From positions 18,330,992-18,394,991 of the forward strand of contig CM119267.1 in the NCBI GenBank assembly GCA_051294375.1: a stretch of DNA of 64,000 bases, in the 5' to 3' direction. The translations under genes were made by a program, and so were the position numbers. Position 1 is the first letter of the stretch. Each line of letters opens with the position of its first letter. Shown one piece after another: positions 38,805-51,900 of this stretch. Source of the stretch: Paraspadella gotoi (lineage: Eukaryota; Animalia; Chaetognatha). The notes beneath the pieces were generated by a model. The model made no database searches. It was not told where the DNA came from and worked only from the letters and a program-made list of their open reading frames with translations.

Positions 38805-40080
38805 TCAGTACAATTTCACAGTAGGAATTTTTGTTTTTGAATCGATAACTGCCTCTTTGACTTCGTGCTTGGCATTGAACTTTCGTTTGAGACATCCGTG
38901 GTAGAAGCCCAATCCATAATTTCGAATGAATTTACTGACGCCCGGCACCCCGAGTTTCGGGTGACGCTCGAAAAATCTGTCACACCCGGCGACGAACCAG
39001 CCGTTAACTTGCGGACCTTTCGGGCCTGGATAGCATAGGTAACAACAAATTGGTTTAGAGAAGATTTTGAGTCACCTGAGCAGACCGTTGTTCTAACATG
39101 AAAAAACCTTGATAAGGACAAGTTTTAGCGAGACTTTTAGCCAACCGATAGATGATCTTTTTAACGATCTTTCGGGGCGCACTGGAAAAGACCAGGACTT
39201 CCTCGATGTTAAGGCAGGAAAAGTTTTCACGAATCCATTTGATGTTTTCGCAGGCGACGTACAAGGATCTGAAGATAATTCAGGGGGAAATAAAAAAAAC
39301 TCAAATATTGGAACCAACGGCAAGCACAGACCTGTGAGAGTGGCAAAAAGCCGAAAACTTAATGCGGCCATCGGGTTGATGATCAAAGACTAAAAGACCA
39401 AGAGCCTGGGCGCAGGTCGCGTGAAAGTAGACGTCGCAATCGTCATCGTCGCATCGGCGACAACATCCAATTCCTCGCTTAATATAAAATTTAAAAAATA
39501 TATTTTTTTTGCTCTCTAAACAGCCTTTCTCTAGGCTGCCACAGGCGTTCATTGCACAACAGTTTTACCTTATCACAAATTGAGCAAGTTCTTTGACTGT
39601 ATTTAGGAGTTATCACGCCTTCCATGGTTGCTGGTTTCTCATATATTACTTCTGGAATGTATAACGAACAGATAACGTGCGCCCACCCCCCCGAGGCGAC
39701 ACTAGCAAAAAACGGGAAAAACTTTTATTATGTTATCCCGCCCAATATTTATTTATGCAATTGTCGATTTACCTGGTGAAAATTCCCGATTTCATGGGAC
39801 ATAAGAGACAAGCTTCTTTTGCGGCTCCCGACCGACATTTCCGACAAATCCACGAGTCATTTCGGTGCTCTTTGTCGGGCGCCTCGCCGCAGCAAGAGCC
39901 GTGTACAACAACCCCACAGTTTCCGCAAGTCTTTAAGGGTTCCTCGGCACTGTGAAGTGAACCCATTTCAGAACAGACGCTACACGGCGTCGGCTTCGGT
40001 AACAGTTCCGTCTCTGAGTCTTCAATGTACGGGGACGATGTATGGAGACCGTTTTGAGTTAAGGCGGCGAGGGGTTTCAT
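38805..40080 (-). CDS. PHD-zinc knuckle-PHD (PZP) protein of the AF10/BRPF/JADE/PHF14 type
   Basis: CSVC...CGNCGVVVHGSC...WICRKC, CLLCPMKSG, WAHVICSLYIPEV, CSIC, FHATCAQ, FCHSH. Extra 5' exons are possible at about 41396-41600. Confidence 0.85.
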
Positions 40081-40434
40081 GTTTTCACAATTTTCTACGA
40101 GAGAAATTTTTAAAGAAAAACTAGTTGTCCACTTTGATACGTCGTAATCGACTTTTTTAAAATTGTATTGTATTTATGTCACAACGATTTATTTTTAAAA
40201 TTATTTTTTATTATTATTTATTTATTATTATTATTATTTGTTATTATTATTATTATTATTCCTTTAGCTAATTTTTCCAAGTCTACTTATTTATCTTTGT
40301 TGTACATTGCCAAATGTATCGATTTCTCTCTCTCTCCCTCAGTCACATTTTCACCATTTCACAAAACTTACTCCTTCCCTGTCTTTACCTTTACCTGTTT
40401 TCACATCTGACCTTTACTCAATTCTTTGTTGGAA

Positions 40435-40474
<40 letters not shown>

Positions 40475-41208
40475 CCTAACTTATGTTAGGGGTAGCCCCA
40501 CTCAATGGGGTGCGGCAAAAATTTGAAATGATTACATGCTCAAATGAAAATTTATACATTTTTAAGTATACTTTCAATGGACAAAAAAATTCTTATATGG
40601 CTTTATACCCAAATAATTATAATTATTTAATATTTATTTATAGATAGGAAAGGCCAATTTTTTTTTTAATATTGAATTTTAACACCAGATTCAGATAGCT
40701 CATAAAAAGTTGTCTGCACAAAGTATTATTCTTTTTTAAATATTTTCATGATAATCGAGTCAAAAATAAGAAAAACCATGAAAAATCGTCATCATCATCT
40801 TTCGAAGATTTTATCAGTTTTTTATATTTTCACTTTGTGTATATACTTTCAATTTCGTTTCGTTTCGAATCTAGGAAGAAAAACAATTCTTATTTGTTTT
40901 GTTTCAACGAATTTTATTTGATTTTATTGTTTTTCTCCCTATATTTTTCACTCAAAAAACGTAGGAATTTTTAAAAGCTGTAATTATATTTCATGTTTAA
41001 TTTTTTTTGCTCTATCAGAATCCATCAAAAAAATTTAAGTTTTCAAAAAATTATTTTTATAATGCAAAAAAATATAAGTAATATTTAATGTATTAATCAA
41101 GACGTATAATGTAAATTTTTAGACAACTAAAAAAACTAAAATAGTCGAAATTTTATATTATCTATTGAGTTGGTCCCTACTTATGTCTCTAAAAAAATTG
41201 TCAATACC

Positions 41209-41254
41209 AAACGCTGATGAAGACTCGCAAAAACAGAGTCGAAACATGTCCGTC
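41209..41254 (+). ncRNA. Minimal type I hammerhead ribozyme, intact core
   Basis: acg-CTGATGA-A-GACTC/GAGTC-GAAA-CATG-TC-cgt. Confidence 0.82.
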
Positions 41255-41784
41255 TTGTTAATTGTTAATTCAAAATTAAATCGTTGTAAAATCTAACAAA
41301 ATAAACCTTTGTTTTTCGCTAATCCCAAAAAACAACGAAAAGAGAGAAAATAACACAAAATGTATTCATGTCATAAAATATTGATTCCATTCGCACCTTT
41401 ATAAAATTCAAAATGCCCCGCTTTCAAGTCTATAATCACATGCAATATATCGTTCCCAGTCCATGCACTGATCTATGTCGGATCCTTACCAACGCTTTTC
41501 CATGTGCATGACGCAAAAATTGCGTGGCCGCCAGATTCCAAACCTTACCGTCAATTAAGAATCAGCCAGCCTCTAACTTATCGACGCAAACCTAAAATCA
41601 TAACCGGTCACATGCAATAGAACAAGTTTGAGCAAACAATGTCGGATCTGCCTACGATAATTAGCGGTAATCAGCTAATCAGATCATCACAGACGAATGA
41701 AACCCTGAAACAGAGATGATAAATGACGATAATTCTTTCAATTTGTGTTCATAACAGATCGTACCATACCAAACCAATGGCTGC

Positions 41785-42315
41785 GCATTAAAGCGTAGCA
41801 AAAATATTAAAATCAAGTAAAATCAAAAATCACGAACAGGCTTGTACCTGTGAACATTTTCAAATAAAAAAAAAAAATTTTATTTTTCAATTTTCGCATA
41901 CTCACCATAGAAAATGTCAAAATTTTAAAATGTTTTTTTCTTATTTTTAAAAGCAGATTCAAATACATTACAAAAAGTTGATAAAAGGAAATAACTCTTT
42001 TTAGAAAATTATTTATTAAGTGGGTCAAAATCCTAAAAAAACTTATTATTAACCTATATTGAAATTTTAGTATAAAAAATATAGTTTTTTTAAATTTTTG
42101 GCTAACTTATAAAATAATTTTTATCAACTTTTTATAAGGAATTCGTATCTGCTTTCAAAACTAAGAAAACATTACTTTAAAATTTTAACATTTTCTATGC
42201 GAAAATTGAGAAATATAAATTTTTTTTTATATATATCAATGTTCTTTGGTCCAAGACTGTTCATGATTAACTGTTAGAATTTTGATCTGCAACCTTCACT
42301 ACGCCTTACTGCGTA
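41785..42315. mobile_element. Degenerate foldback/MITE of about 530 bp
   Basis: Mirror arms, e.g. catagaaaatgtcaaaattttaaa / tttaaaattttaacattttctatg and aaaaagttgataaaa / ttttatcaactttt. Confidence 0.65.
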
Positions 42316-43360
42316 TATACATGTAAATCGCTTGCAATGGATTAAACTGAACTTTTACTATGGTACAAACGCATAATTTTTTCAACTCGCACCATTTTTT
42401 CAACTCAACTATTTAGTATTTAATCAATTAACTAATTAAAACTTTTATAAGTAAGCATAAATAATAAAATTTTAAGTCAACGTGACTTTGGTTTTTTCAT
42501 GCAAACTCATTTCCACTCCTCTATTCAATCTAAACTTTATATTCTGCTCAATCACACACTTTCCTACTTACACACAAAATTATCATCTCATTCTATCCAT
42601 CCAATTATGAATAATTTGAGTAATTATGGGTTAAAATTAATAAAAATATTCAAGAAAATGTGATTTATATTTTTTTTCTATTTTAAATAATAGACACATT
42701 TGAATCCGACAAAGTTTTAATTAGATAACCAGTCTGGGTGTCATTCTGTTCGTTTTTCCAAGCTCTTTTTAACTAAAAAAGTTTTATTTAAAAAAAAAAA
42801 TTTTCGCCCGAGCCAGGGGTATTGAAGAGTCAAAATATGGAAATTCACCATTTTTAGTATTTTTTAGCTTTTTCCAGTTAATTTTTTTAATATAATAATC
42901 TTTAATCAAGTTAATTACTTCTGATAATGATTTTAATTTATCCTATTTAACTGTTTTTAAAACATTCATAAAAAAATATTAGTTTTTAGCTTAAGCCAAG
43001 GGTGTTGAAGAGCTAAAATGTTTAAATATTTTTTTTTAATATTTATAAATTATAATTTATTTTTTTAAAGATAACTTATTTTAATCATGGTAATGAAAAT
43101 ATTTGATATCTTTAAATGCTTTGAGGCTTACCACAGCTTTAAGTTAATTAATTTAATAATGTTTTTTCAAACTGAAAAACCCAAAAACTTCTATGATCCA
43201 AAGCAATTAATTTTAATTTTTAATCACAAAATATAATTGTTGCAAGATGAAATTATTTAAATAATATTCAGATATTACTATTGTATTAATCCTTTCAGTT
43301 TCGTTGAGTTGAGATTTAAGCAAAGTTCGAAATTAGTTTCTTCAACGATTTTTATTTTGT

Positions 43361-43403
43361 ACGGACATGTTTCGACTCTCTTTTCGAGTCTTCATCAGCG
43401 TTA
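43361..43403 (-). ncRNA. Minimal type I hammerhead ribozyme, intact core
   Basis: acg-CTGATGA-A-GACTC/GAGTC-GAAA-CATG-TC-cgt on the minus strand, followed on the plus strand by (GA)n. Confidence 0.82.
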
Positions 43404-43432
43404 ATAAATATTTTACAAATTTGTGCAAAAGA

Positions 43433-43483
<51 letters not shown>

Positions 43484-44582
43484 AGGAGAGAGAGAGAGAA
43501 ACAGAGAGAGACAAAATAATACATTGTGCAATGTACAACCAGGAATAAATTTAAACTAATAGTGAATTTAACAATTAATCTAATAATAAATAGATAGTAA
43601 TGAAAGGAAAGAAAGTTTTTAAATGTGAAATGATACATTTTTTGTGAGGGATAGATAAGTGACTGTTAAAGTGAATAATTAAGAATTATGATAGAGCTCC
43701 AAATGATAGATATTACTATAAAAAAAAATTATTTACTTTATACTATATAAATATAATTTTATTTAAAAAATAATTTAAAAAATGATATCTGCATATAAAT
43801 TTTGTACGGATAAGAGTAATAGTTTGGTTTAACGCTATATACAAATATTTTGTTATTAAATAAAATAATTTTTCTTTAATATACAATAATTTATAAATTA
43901 ATTATTGCTTTTTACTTTTTTCATTAAATAATTGTTTAACAAAGAAGTTTTGTTTTTTTCACAATCTAAAAACACAAGGAAAAGAAAATTATGATTTATA
44001 AAAGATTCATTAAAAATATCTACCTTTTATAGTCCGATTCATATATTTAAATTAATTCATAAATTCATTTAGATACTATTTTACTATATAATAATATTGG
44101 TAATTGTTAATTAATTTACTTGATTAGCAAATTATTAACAAGTTTAAATTATAAACATTGTGTTGAACTTGTTTATTGCATTTTTAGATTTAGAAAAACC
44201 TTTTTATGTTAACAAAAAAATTTAAGGAATTTGTTAACAATTTTGTTTTTATCGTTGTTAACAAATTCATTAAATTTTCTTTGTAATCTCTAACCCATAA
44301 AACTTTTCCCATCTATAACTTTCCAGTTGGGTATAACTACAACAACCTTGTTGATCGTAACGCTAACTTTTACTTATTCAATCTCAAATGTTAAAATTAA
44401 ACACTAACCCTTAACCTAATTTTGCTAAAATTGCCATAACTAGAACATTAGTTTCAGTTCGTTAACAAAATTATTATTTTCTATGCGATATCGCAAAAAA
44501 TCTGGATAGTGGATATCATTTTAATAATTATATCTTTGTTATAACAATTTCATTATATGATTGTTGTGATTCTTTGTGATCA

Positions 44583-44625
44583 ATGCTGATGAAGACTCTC
44601 AACCACAGAGTCGAAACCTGTCCCT
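44583..44625 (+). ncRNA. Minimal hammerhead motif
   Basis: CTGATGA-A-GACTCT/AGAGTC-GAAA-CCTG-TC. Confidence 0.7.
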
Positions 44626-45358
44626 ATGAAATAAAAATTCGTTGTTACACATTAAAAATCTGTCATTATATGATTAAATTTATGAATTGCTTTGTTTTTA
44701 AGATGAATCTTTAAAAAAAAAACTTTTTAGAAATAGGTCACCATTTTTTTAATGCTTTTAATTATAAAATATTAATTAACTATGTTAACTTAAAAAAAAC
44801 ATTTAAAGTTTTCAAATATTTTTATTATCATGATTAAAATATGTAATCCTTAAAAAAATAGCAAATTATTATTTGAAAATATTAAAAAAGACAATTTAGA
44901 AATTTTAGCTCTTTAACACCCCTGGCTTAAGCCCTAAACTAATATTTTTTGTGAATGAATGTTTTAAAAATAGTTAAATATGATAAATTAAAAGCATTAT
45001 CATTAGTAATTAACTTGATTAATGATAATTATATTAAAAAAATTACTGAAAAAAGCTAAAAAATACTCATAAAAGGTGAAATTCCATATTTTGGCTCTTT
45101 AACACCCCTGGCTCGGGCGAAAAAGTTTTTTTTCTTAAATAAAACTTTTTTAGTTAAAAAGAGCTTTGAAAAACGAACAGAATGACACCGAGACTGGTTG
45201 TTTAGTTAAAACATTGTCGGATTCAAATGTGTCTATTAACTAATTTCCACTCGCACGATTTCTTCAAAACTTTATATCCAGGTTCGTCACACACTTTCCC
45301 ACCCACACACAAAATTTCATCACAATCTATCCATCCAATTATTATTAATGAGTGTAAT

Positions 45359-45727
45359 TATGGGTTAAAATTAGAGAATTGACAAAGTTTTTGTTTGCAA
45401 CGAATTTTATTTTTAATTGAACAGACATGTTTCGACTAGCTTTACAAGCCTTCATCGGCGTTTTGACAGTTTGGTTTGAAATTTGTTCATAAGAAGGGGG
45501 AGAGAGAGAGATAGTAGGGTAAAAGTTTTCCAACAAAGTGGTGAGACAGAATAGTGGTCAGATGAGAGGACAGGTCAAGGTGAGGACAGAGTGAAGGCTT
45601 GTAAAGCAAGTCGAAACATGTGTGTTCAATTAAAAATAAAATTCGTTGCAAACAAAAACTTTGTCAATTCTCTAATCACTACTAACAACGAAAAAGAAAG
45701 AATTACTTCAATATGGGTTAAAATTAG
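45359..45727. mobile_element. Penelope-derived short insertion with inverted hammerhead-bearing ends
   Basis: About 45370-45453 is mirrored at 45592-45675. A tatgggttaaaattag direct repeat lies on both sides. Confidence 0.75.
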
Positions 45728-45822
45728 TAAAAAGATTTAAGTAAAAGTGACTTATATTTTTTTCATTTAAACTCACCCACACACAAAAATTCATTCCAAT
45801 CCAACCATCCAATCACGAGTAA

Positions 45823-47066
45823 TTAGAGTTTTTTGCTAAAGGGGGACGGAGAAACGGACATCATTTTTTTTGCATAATTTTTGCGCGTCAAAAATCCCCG
45901 AAATTTCCCGTCATTGTCAGGGTCAGGAGTGTTCATCGCACGATATAAGCTCTCCAGGGGAATCCACGATATGGGGCTTTCCGGCCAAGTGTCTAATAGC
46001 AACACATAATATCTCCGGCGTTGTCCTTCGTCGCCACAAGATCGTTTGGCAACCGCCACGATGACGCTGAAATGGCCGCAAAATGGAGGTTGATCCAAAC
46101 TTTTCATATCGTAGTTCACGATCAAGGATCCATTTTCACTGATCTGTGAGACCAAAGCCTCCATGAACATGTGTTCCGAAAATGCAGGGACACTATTTGG
46201 TTCGTTACGACAGAGATTGTATTTCGCTCCCAAGAGTGTACAGACTTGGTCCAGGGTCATGCCATTTGGAATTATATCTACTACCTCCTGAGAGACTTGA
46301 GGAAGCAAATCTTCTTCGCTCATTTCCCCCATATATTTCAGTTCATGGTCCCCTATTTTTTGCGACAACATTGCCGCGTGAGCTTGTGAGCTCACCATAC
46401 CACAGGTCGAACGACCGATTTGTTTTTTGAAGCACGAACCCCAGTCGGATTTAGATGCAACTATAATCTCGCTGTTTGAGGAGAATCGTAATCACAAATG
46501 CTTCAGATAATCAGTTAACGATTACTATCTTAAAAATAAAATTGATTCTCACTGTTGTCCGTCCTCACCCTCGTCTCAATGGCTGAGCAGGCTAAATAAT
46601 ATAGTTTCAACCTGGGTATCCCGGTTCTGTCTTAAATGTGACGGAGACGGTTTAAATATGCTAGTCACAGGAGGCGGTCACTGAGGGTCCCTAGCCCCTA
46701 CGCCAGTTGGTGAGATACCCTGTGCCCCGAGTAACACAGGCAATCCTCCCATTGCCATAGCTCTGTTTTGCGAGGAGTTGTGTCATCCTATCAAAATACA
46801 TTAATACTGCAACTGCGATTACAAGAAAGGAATTATAAGACTGATTAAAAGCCGTTAAATATTATGTCCACCAGCTGAGATTAAGTAACGTAATAAGTAA
46901 CATATGTCATTTGTGATTTTGACTCGAAATAATTTGCTGTTTCCTGAGCTTCCACGAAACTTGAAGGAACCACATTTAGGCCGAAATCCTCAGTACAATT
47001 TTTCAAGACACCCCTGGCCTCTAGCCTTTTTAAATTATTCACCACAACTTTTAAATATTCGGCCAT
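45823..47066 (-). CDS. Phytochelatin synthase-like protein (catalytic domain only)
   Basis: Last exon (from about 46472) has FKKQIGRSTCG (Cys), GMTLDQV, GHFS (His), LLDT (Asp) and WIPLESLYRAMNTPD...RGFL. The 5' exon joins are uncertain. Confidence 0.82.
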
Positions 47067-47193
47067 TTCAATGGAGTTATTTTTTAAAGATTCTTTCTTG
47101 TATTTTTGAGTATTACTCTAACTGTAGGTAAAGCCAAAAAAGAATATTAAAAAACGTTAAGTTTATATACCAAGACATATAATCTCAATAACA

Positions 47194-48812
47194 TTAAGGT
47201 CGACAAAGATCGTGATACGGTTTTAACGTTCTCAAATCACGAAAAACGGGAACGGATCCGTCGGCGGATTGGATGATTTTATGACAAGCGAAGCAAGGAT
47301 CATAAAACAGTTTCTCATACGAGTTCAACCACATAAGAAAAGATTTGAGAGCGAGTTCGGGGTTGTTGGGCAAATAGAAGTGGATCATCGCCGCCGCGGC
47401 GTGATCGGATATTCGCCTAAAAACCTGGTGGCGCGATTTGGTCCAAACTGCGTCGAGCGACGCCTCTTGATCGCCGACGCCAAGTTCGAAATCGTGCGCT
47501 TGAAGTTCACAGAATCCGAGAACATTCACCCATTCGATGATGAATCCTTCGGAAAAAAAAATCCAGGGAAGAAAGTGAGTTTTCGATACAAAGACGAAAT
47601 CCTAAATACCAAAATTCTATCTCACCTCGTAAAATAACGTAAACCTTGAGAGTCCTTGCAAGCGTGATGTTGAGTAAGGCGGGGTTTCCCAAAGGGCGTG
47701 ACAGCTTTATGGTCATGGTATTTTTAAAGTTTCGGCTCAGGTCGGCGACGAACTGATCGATAGCCGCAGGCGACGCCGACACTTGCTGCGCCGTAGGACC
47801 TTTGACTTTTAAACGTTTGGCGGCTTGTGGACCCGATTCCCGTTGATTCGAGGAGGATGAGCTCGCCGAAGTTGATCGTCGCGTGTTGTTTTGGCTCAAA
47901 ACCGTGCAGGAAACGCTAGAGAACTCGTGAACTTTGTCTAACCATCGATGAGAGTGGTACAACTGGGTCCATAATTTGTGTTTGTCTCCTATTGCGCAAA
48001 AGTCAAAAGCGGTATAAACAAAATTCCGAGAGAAAAAGACGACGAATAAGCAGAATCACACAAATCACACCAAAAAAATCCATAAAACTCTTACCAACGT
48101 TAACCGAATCCAATGGAAGTAGAAACGACGCCGTTCTATTGTAATGATGCTGCGGAGCTTGATCCTGGATCAGATTAACGTGATGCTCAACCTCAGACAT
48201 TGTATCGCCAATCTGGCCGAGAGAGAGAAGACGAAAAAAATATCACTGGGAAACAGAAACTCAAAATTATCGAAAAAACATCAAAACTTTCGTTATTCTA
48301 TTATTTTTACTTTTTAAAGGCTAAACCTGCTTTAAATCTTTTTTCATTTCCTCCACAAAAGCCTTCTCTTTTTCTCCATTTGAGACTGACGAAGCCTCTA
48401 AAGTCTGAGCCTCCGCGCCCACGGCGGTGGACGTTGAGGCGTCGACGGCGGGCGTCTCTCGCTTCACTCCGTCTGCCAAACGTTGAAAGGTAAGGTTAAC
48501 CGCGCTTCGCAGTTTTTGAACGAGTTTGAGCGACTTGTGCATGGCCTGACATAAGGATAAGGAATCTGAAATGAAAAAATTCAGGACGGCGGAAAAAAAA
48601 TTAGAGAAACGAACCTGGATAGATTCGTTATCGATCCGAAGAGGAGCGGTAGCTCCTTGATGAGAGGCGTATGGCGGAGGTGGGGCATTAGGATGCCCGG
48701 CCTGTGGCGTTCCAGCTGCTTGCGAGGCACCGGACGTCTGACTTCCAGGTCCCCATTGTTGTTGGCCGGACGCATGATTAGCCGTTGCAGTTCCGCTAGT
48801 CGATTCCGCCAT
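47194..48812 (-). CDS. MED27: Mediator subunit 27
   Basis: LRSAV..FQRLADG, WLDKVHEFS, SRHQVFRRISDHA, LKSFLMWLNSYEKLFYDPCFACHK, PVFRDLRT..PYHDLC. Confidence 0.95.
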
Positions 48813-48937
48813 TTTAAAATCTTTAGTTAACTGAAATATAGAATAAAATAAACAGAAAAAGACAAGCAAGGCCGCGAAGTGACTCAAATAACCGTGGGCC
48901 GGAAAAAATTGCCCAACGCCTAAGCCGTCAATAATGA

Positions 48938-51900
48938 TTAGATTTTATCACTAGATTCAGCATTTTCGTCTTCAATTTGGGCCTTATCGCTGGAATCCTC
49001 GAGTTCAGATAGTGCTGCATCTTTCTGCTTCCAAAACTTTTCCACGAACGACTCGTGATCCCTGAGGAATGCTTCGGCGGTAGCAAGGACGTCGTTAATT
49101 TTTGCCGTGTTTTCCGCCGAAACTTTCTAAAAATAAAAATGTTTTAAAACATAAGAATTAGGGATCCTCGAAATCGCTTAACAAAAATCTGGACCCATGA
49201 CAAACTTTGATACTCAAAAAATCAAATTTAATACAGGAAGTTTTATGCATAACAATCTTAGCTTAATACATAATAAATTCATAAAATATTACTCATTCGA
49301 CTCAAATATCCTAACAATAATAAAATAAGGAAAAAGAGCGAAAGAGAGAATTAAGGGAAAAACAATTAAAAATAAATAAAAAATAAATGAATAAAAAAAT
49401 AAAAAATAAATAAAAAAATAATAAATAAATAAAAACTAAACAAAGGCAAAGAGAGAAAAATTAAGAGAGCCGAGAGAGAAAATGAGAATAAAAAAAAATC
49501 AGGGAGAGAAATAAAAAGAAGTGAAAAATAAAAAAGAGAGAAAACGAGAAACAATAGGAAATGAAAATGAGAAAGGGAAAACGTATAAGTTAAATGAAAA
49601 TGAAATGAATAAAATGAATTTAAAGAAATGAATAAAATGAAAAGAATAAATCGAATGAATGAAATTAATTGAATAAATTAAATTAATTTATTGAATTTAA
49701 TTTATTTATTTAATTAAATTTAATTAAAGAAATTGAGTGAATAAATGAGTGAGAGATAAAGAGATAGAAACAGAGAGAGAACGAGGGGAAGAGAAAAAGC
49801 GAAATAACACGTGTATTTCACTTTAATCACATATGACATGACATGACATGAGTAAAAAACTTTCTTAGCCCTTGCCTTGTAATTATGACATGCACTGTAT
49901 CGATTGCGACAATAAAAAAAAATTATTGAAAAAATTAATTTACTAGTTAAAAATGCAATTTTTTCCAGTTTTAATTTCAAAAACAATCAAAAGAAGCGGC
50001 ACCTTTCGAATGCAGACTCGTCGGTTTAGTTCTTCCTTAAAATTCTTTTGCCAGTCCCTGTGATGCGCGACGGCGGCTTCCGCGCGATCCGCCATCTCCT
50101 TTATCTTGGCCACGCGCTCTCTCTTGAGTATCATCATGCGTTCCTTGTGATCGAGGGCCGATCGACAGACTTCCTTCACAGTCTTATCCATTGTATCTTG
50201 CTCTATCGTGATCCTTTGTCTAAATATGGGCCAAAGGAACAGATTTAAAACAACGATATAAACATTTTTTAAAGCATCAAGGCCTAACCTTTGGTCAGCG
50301 AGTTTACGCTGCTCCTTTTTAAAATCCTCGTTGATTTCGGAATCGTCTTTGTTGATGCTCTGGAGTCGAAATCGAAGTTCTGCGATGTCTTTCTTTTCCC
50401 TCTCCTGTTCGGTCTTTATCGTCTCGATCTCTTCCGCCATTTCACGCTTCTTCTCTTCGAATTCCGTCTCTAATTTTTCCAGGCTTTCTTCTTTCGCGCG
50501 AAGCTGCATTGTGGTAACAAGGAAGTCGAAAAAACGGTCATTTGTCGAAGTCGAACTATATTCGCGATCGCTCACCTCTGTTTGTCGCGACTTGAGATGA
50601 TCCTCCCACTCGTCGAATGTTCCTTTCAGATCGACTATCTTAAGCTCGACGTTGTTGCCTCGATCTTGAAGACCCTTTTTGACGCGAAGAAGAGCTTGTT
50701 TCAATCGTCCATGGATGTCAGCGACGTTAGTGGAATTGGCAAAAAGCGAGAGATCGTTGCCGAACGCGTTGGCAGCGGTCTCAGGGACGAGGTGCGCTTC
50801 GCGGGCCCTGTCGGTATAAACAACCAATATAGAAAAATGTATGGTTTCTGTATATGGCTGAGTGTGTATTGAAATTATTCGATGTATGACTCTTGACTAA
50901 TACCATTCGAAATAATTTCATGAGGGCGTAATAGGACTAGTTTTTATGACCGTACTGATATTACTGTATGACCAGTGAATATTGAGTACATATGTATATT
51001 GTAACTTACGTCTTCATGTAATGTTGCTTCAGCTTCCGTGACAATGCTGACTGTGTTTCAGAATTACTATAAAACCACTTATGACTAAACATACTGACAA
51101 TGGCCCGAGAAGGAGAAATAAAACTAACTGTATAGTTCATCCCTTTAATAGAGACCGACAAATACGTAGATTCTCTTGAACAAATACAGAACTGTCAGAA
51201 GGCTTCATATTATAAATTGAGGTGCCCGTTTTTTGTGACCAGAACACGTTCCGAAAAAACTACTGGACAAAATTCATTTCCTATCTGAATACAAATAATA
51301 ATATTTATGCTTTTAATCTATCAAGAAGAATCATAAGAAACCTCTCATGCAATATCAGTTTTCAAAAATCAGTTCTTTGTCTGGCTATAATTAGTGCCTG
51401 AATCTAGATTCAGATTTTCAAAAAACTTTCAAAATATGATCAGAACCATATTTAATGGAAATTAGATACGCAGCCGGTGGGTCAAGTATGCTCAAAAGGT
51501 TAGTAATAAAAATCGAGTGACTGGAATATGCAAATGAGATTAATGCGTCATCGTAAGGTTGAATATAAGGCAAAAAAGAGCATAAACAATTTAATAATAA
51601 TTATTTTTAAAAAACAATTAATACATATGTTTTTAATTTGTTTTTGATAATTGATTATGTGAATTCTGTATAGTAAAAATATTTTATAAAAGCTAATTTA
51701 TATAACAATATTAATATGGCTCTTAAAGTCATTGACCTTTGACAAAAACTAATTCTTCCTCTGAAAGTATGTATCAATATATGGTAAGGATCTCACTATG
51801 CTCTCGTCCCGGAAAAGATGTAAGGTGAGGATGTATTTGGTAAAAGGAAAAGGGAATAAGGTTACATAAAAGGGGAGAGGGGAGAAGGAAGGCTTGAGGA

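Larger units (their letters stand above)
42688..45238. mobile_element. Foldback element with inverted arms of about 460 bp and nested insertions
   Basis: taatagacacatttgaatccgaca... (42688 to about 43150) is the reverse complement of about 44770-45238. Each arm has two gccaggggtgtt-like subrepeats. Confidence 0.85.

Noticed and set aside
41490-41591. Cytochrome b5-like reading G*FLIDGKVWNL suggesting TGA=Trp
   Set aside because: TGA is a normal stop in many genes here and TGG encodes Trp. No HPGG motif follows, and another frame explains the exon.
41505-41600. SL RNA-like pattern on the minus strand: G|GTAAG followed by the Sm-like AATTTTTG
   Set aside because: It is single copy with no clear flanking stem-loops, and the segment fits in frame as a 5' exon of the PZP gene.
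49300-49800. Hydrophobic Phe/Leu ORFs, also at 16253, 40168, 43342 and 52805
   Set aside because: They are translations of A-rich and (GA)n low-complexity DNA.
48938-50827. Separate coiled-coil gene
   Set aside because: It splices in phase to the upstream NDC80 exons and forms the NDC80 C-terminus.
51009-51045. Possible poison exon in an NDC80 intron
   Set aside because: The acceptor is weak, so a chance GTAAG cannot be excluded.
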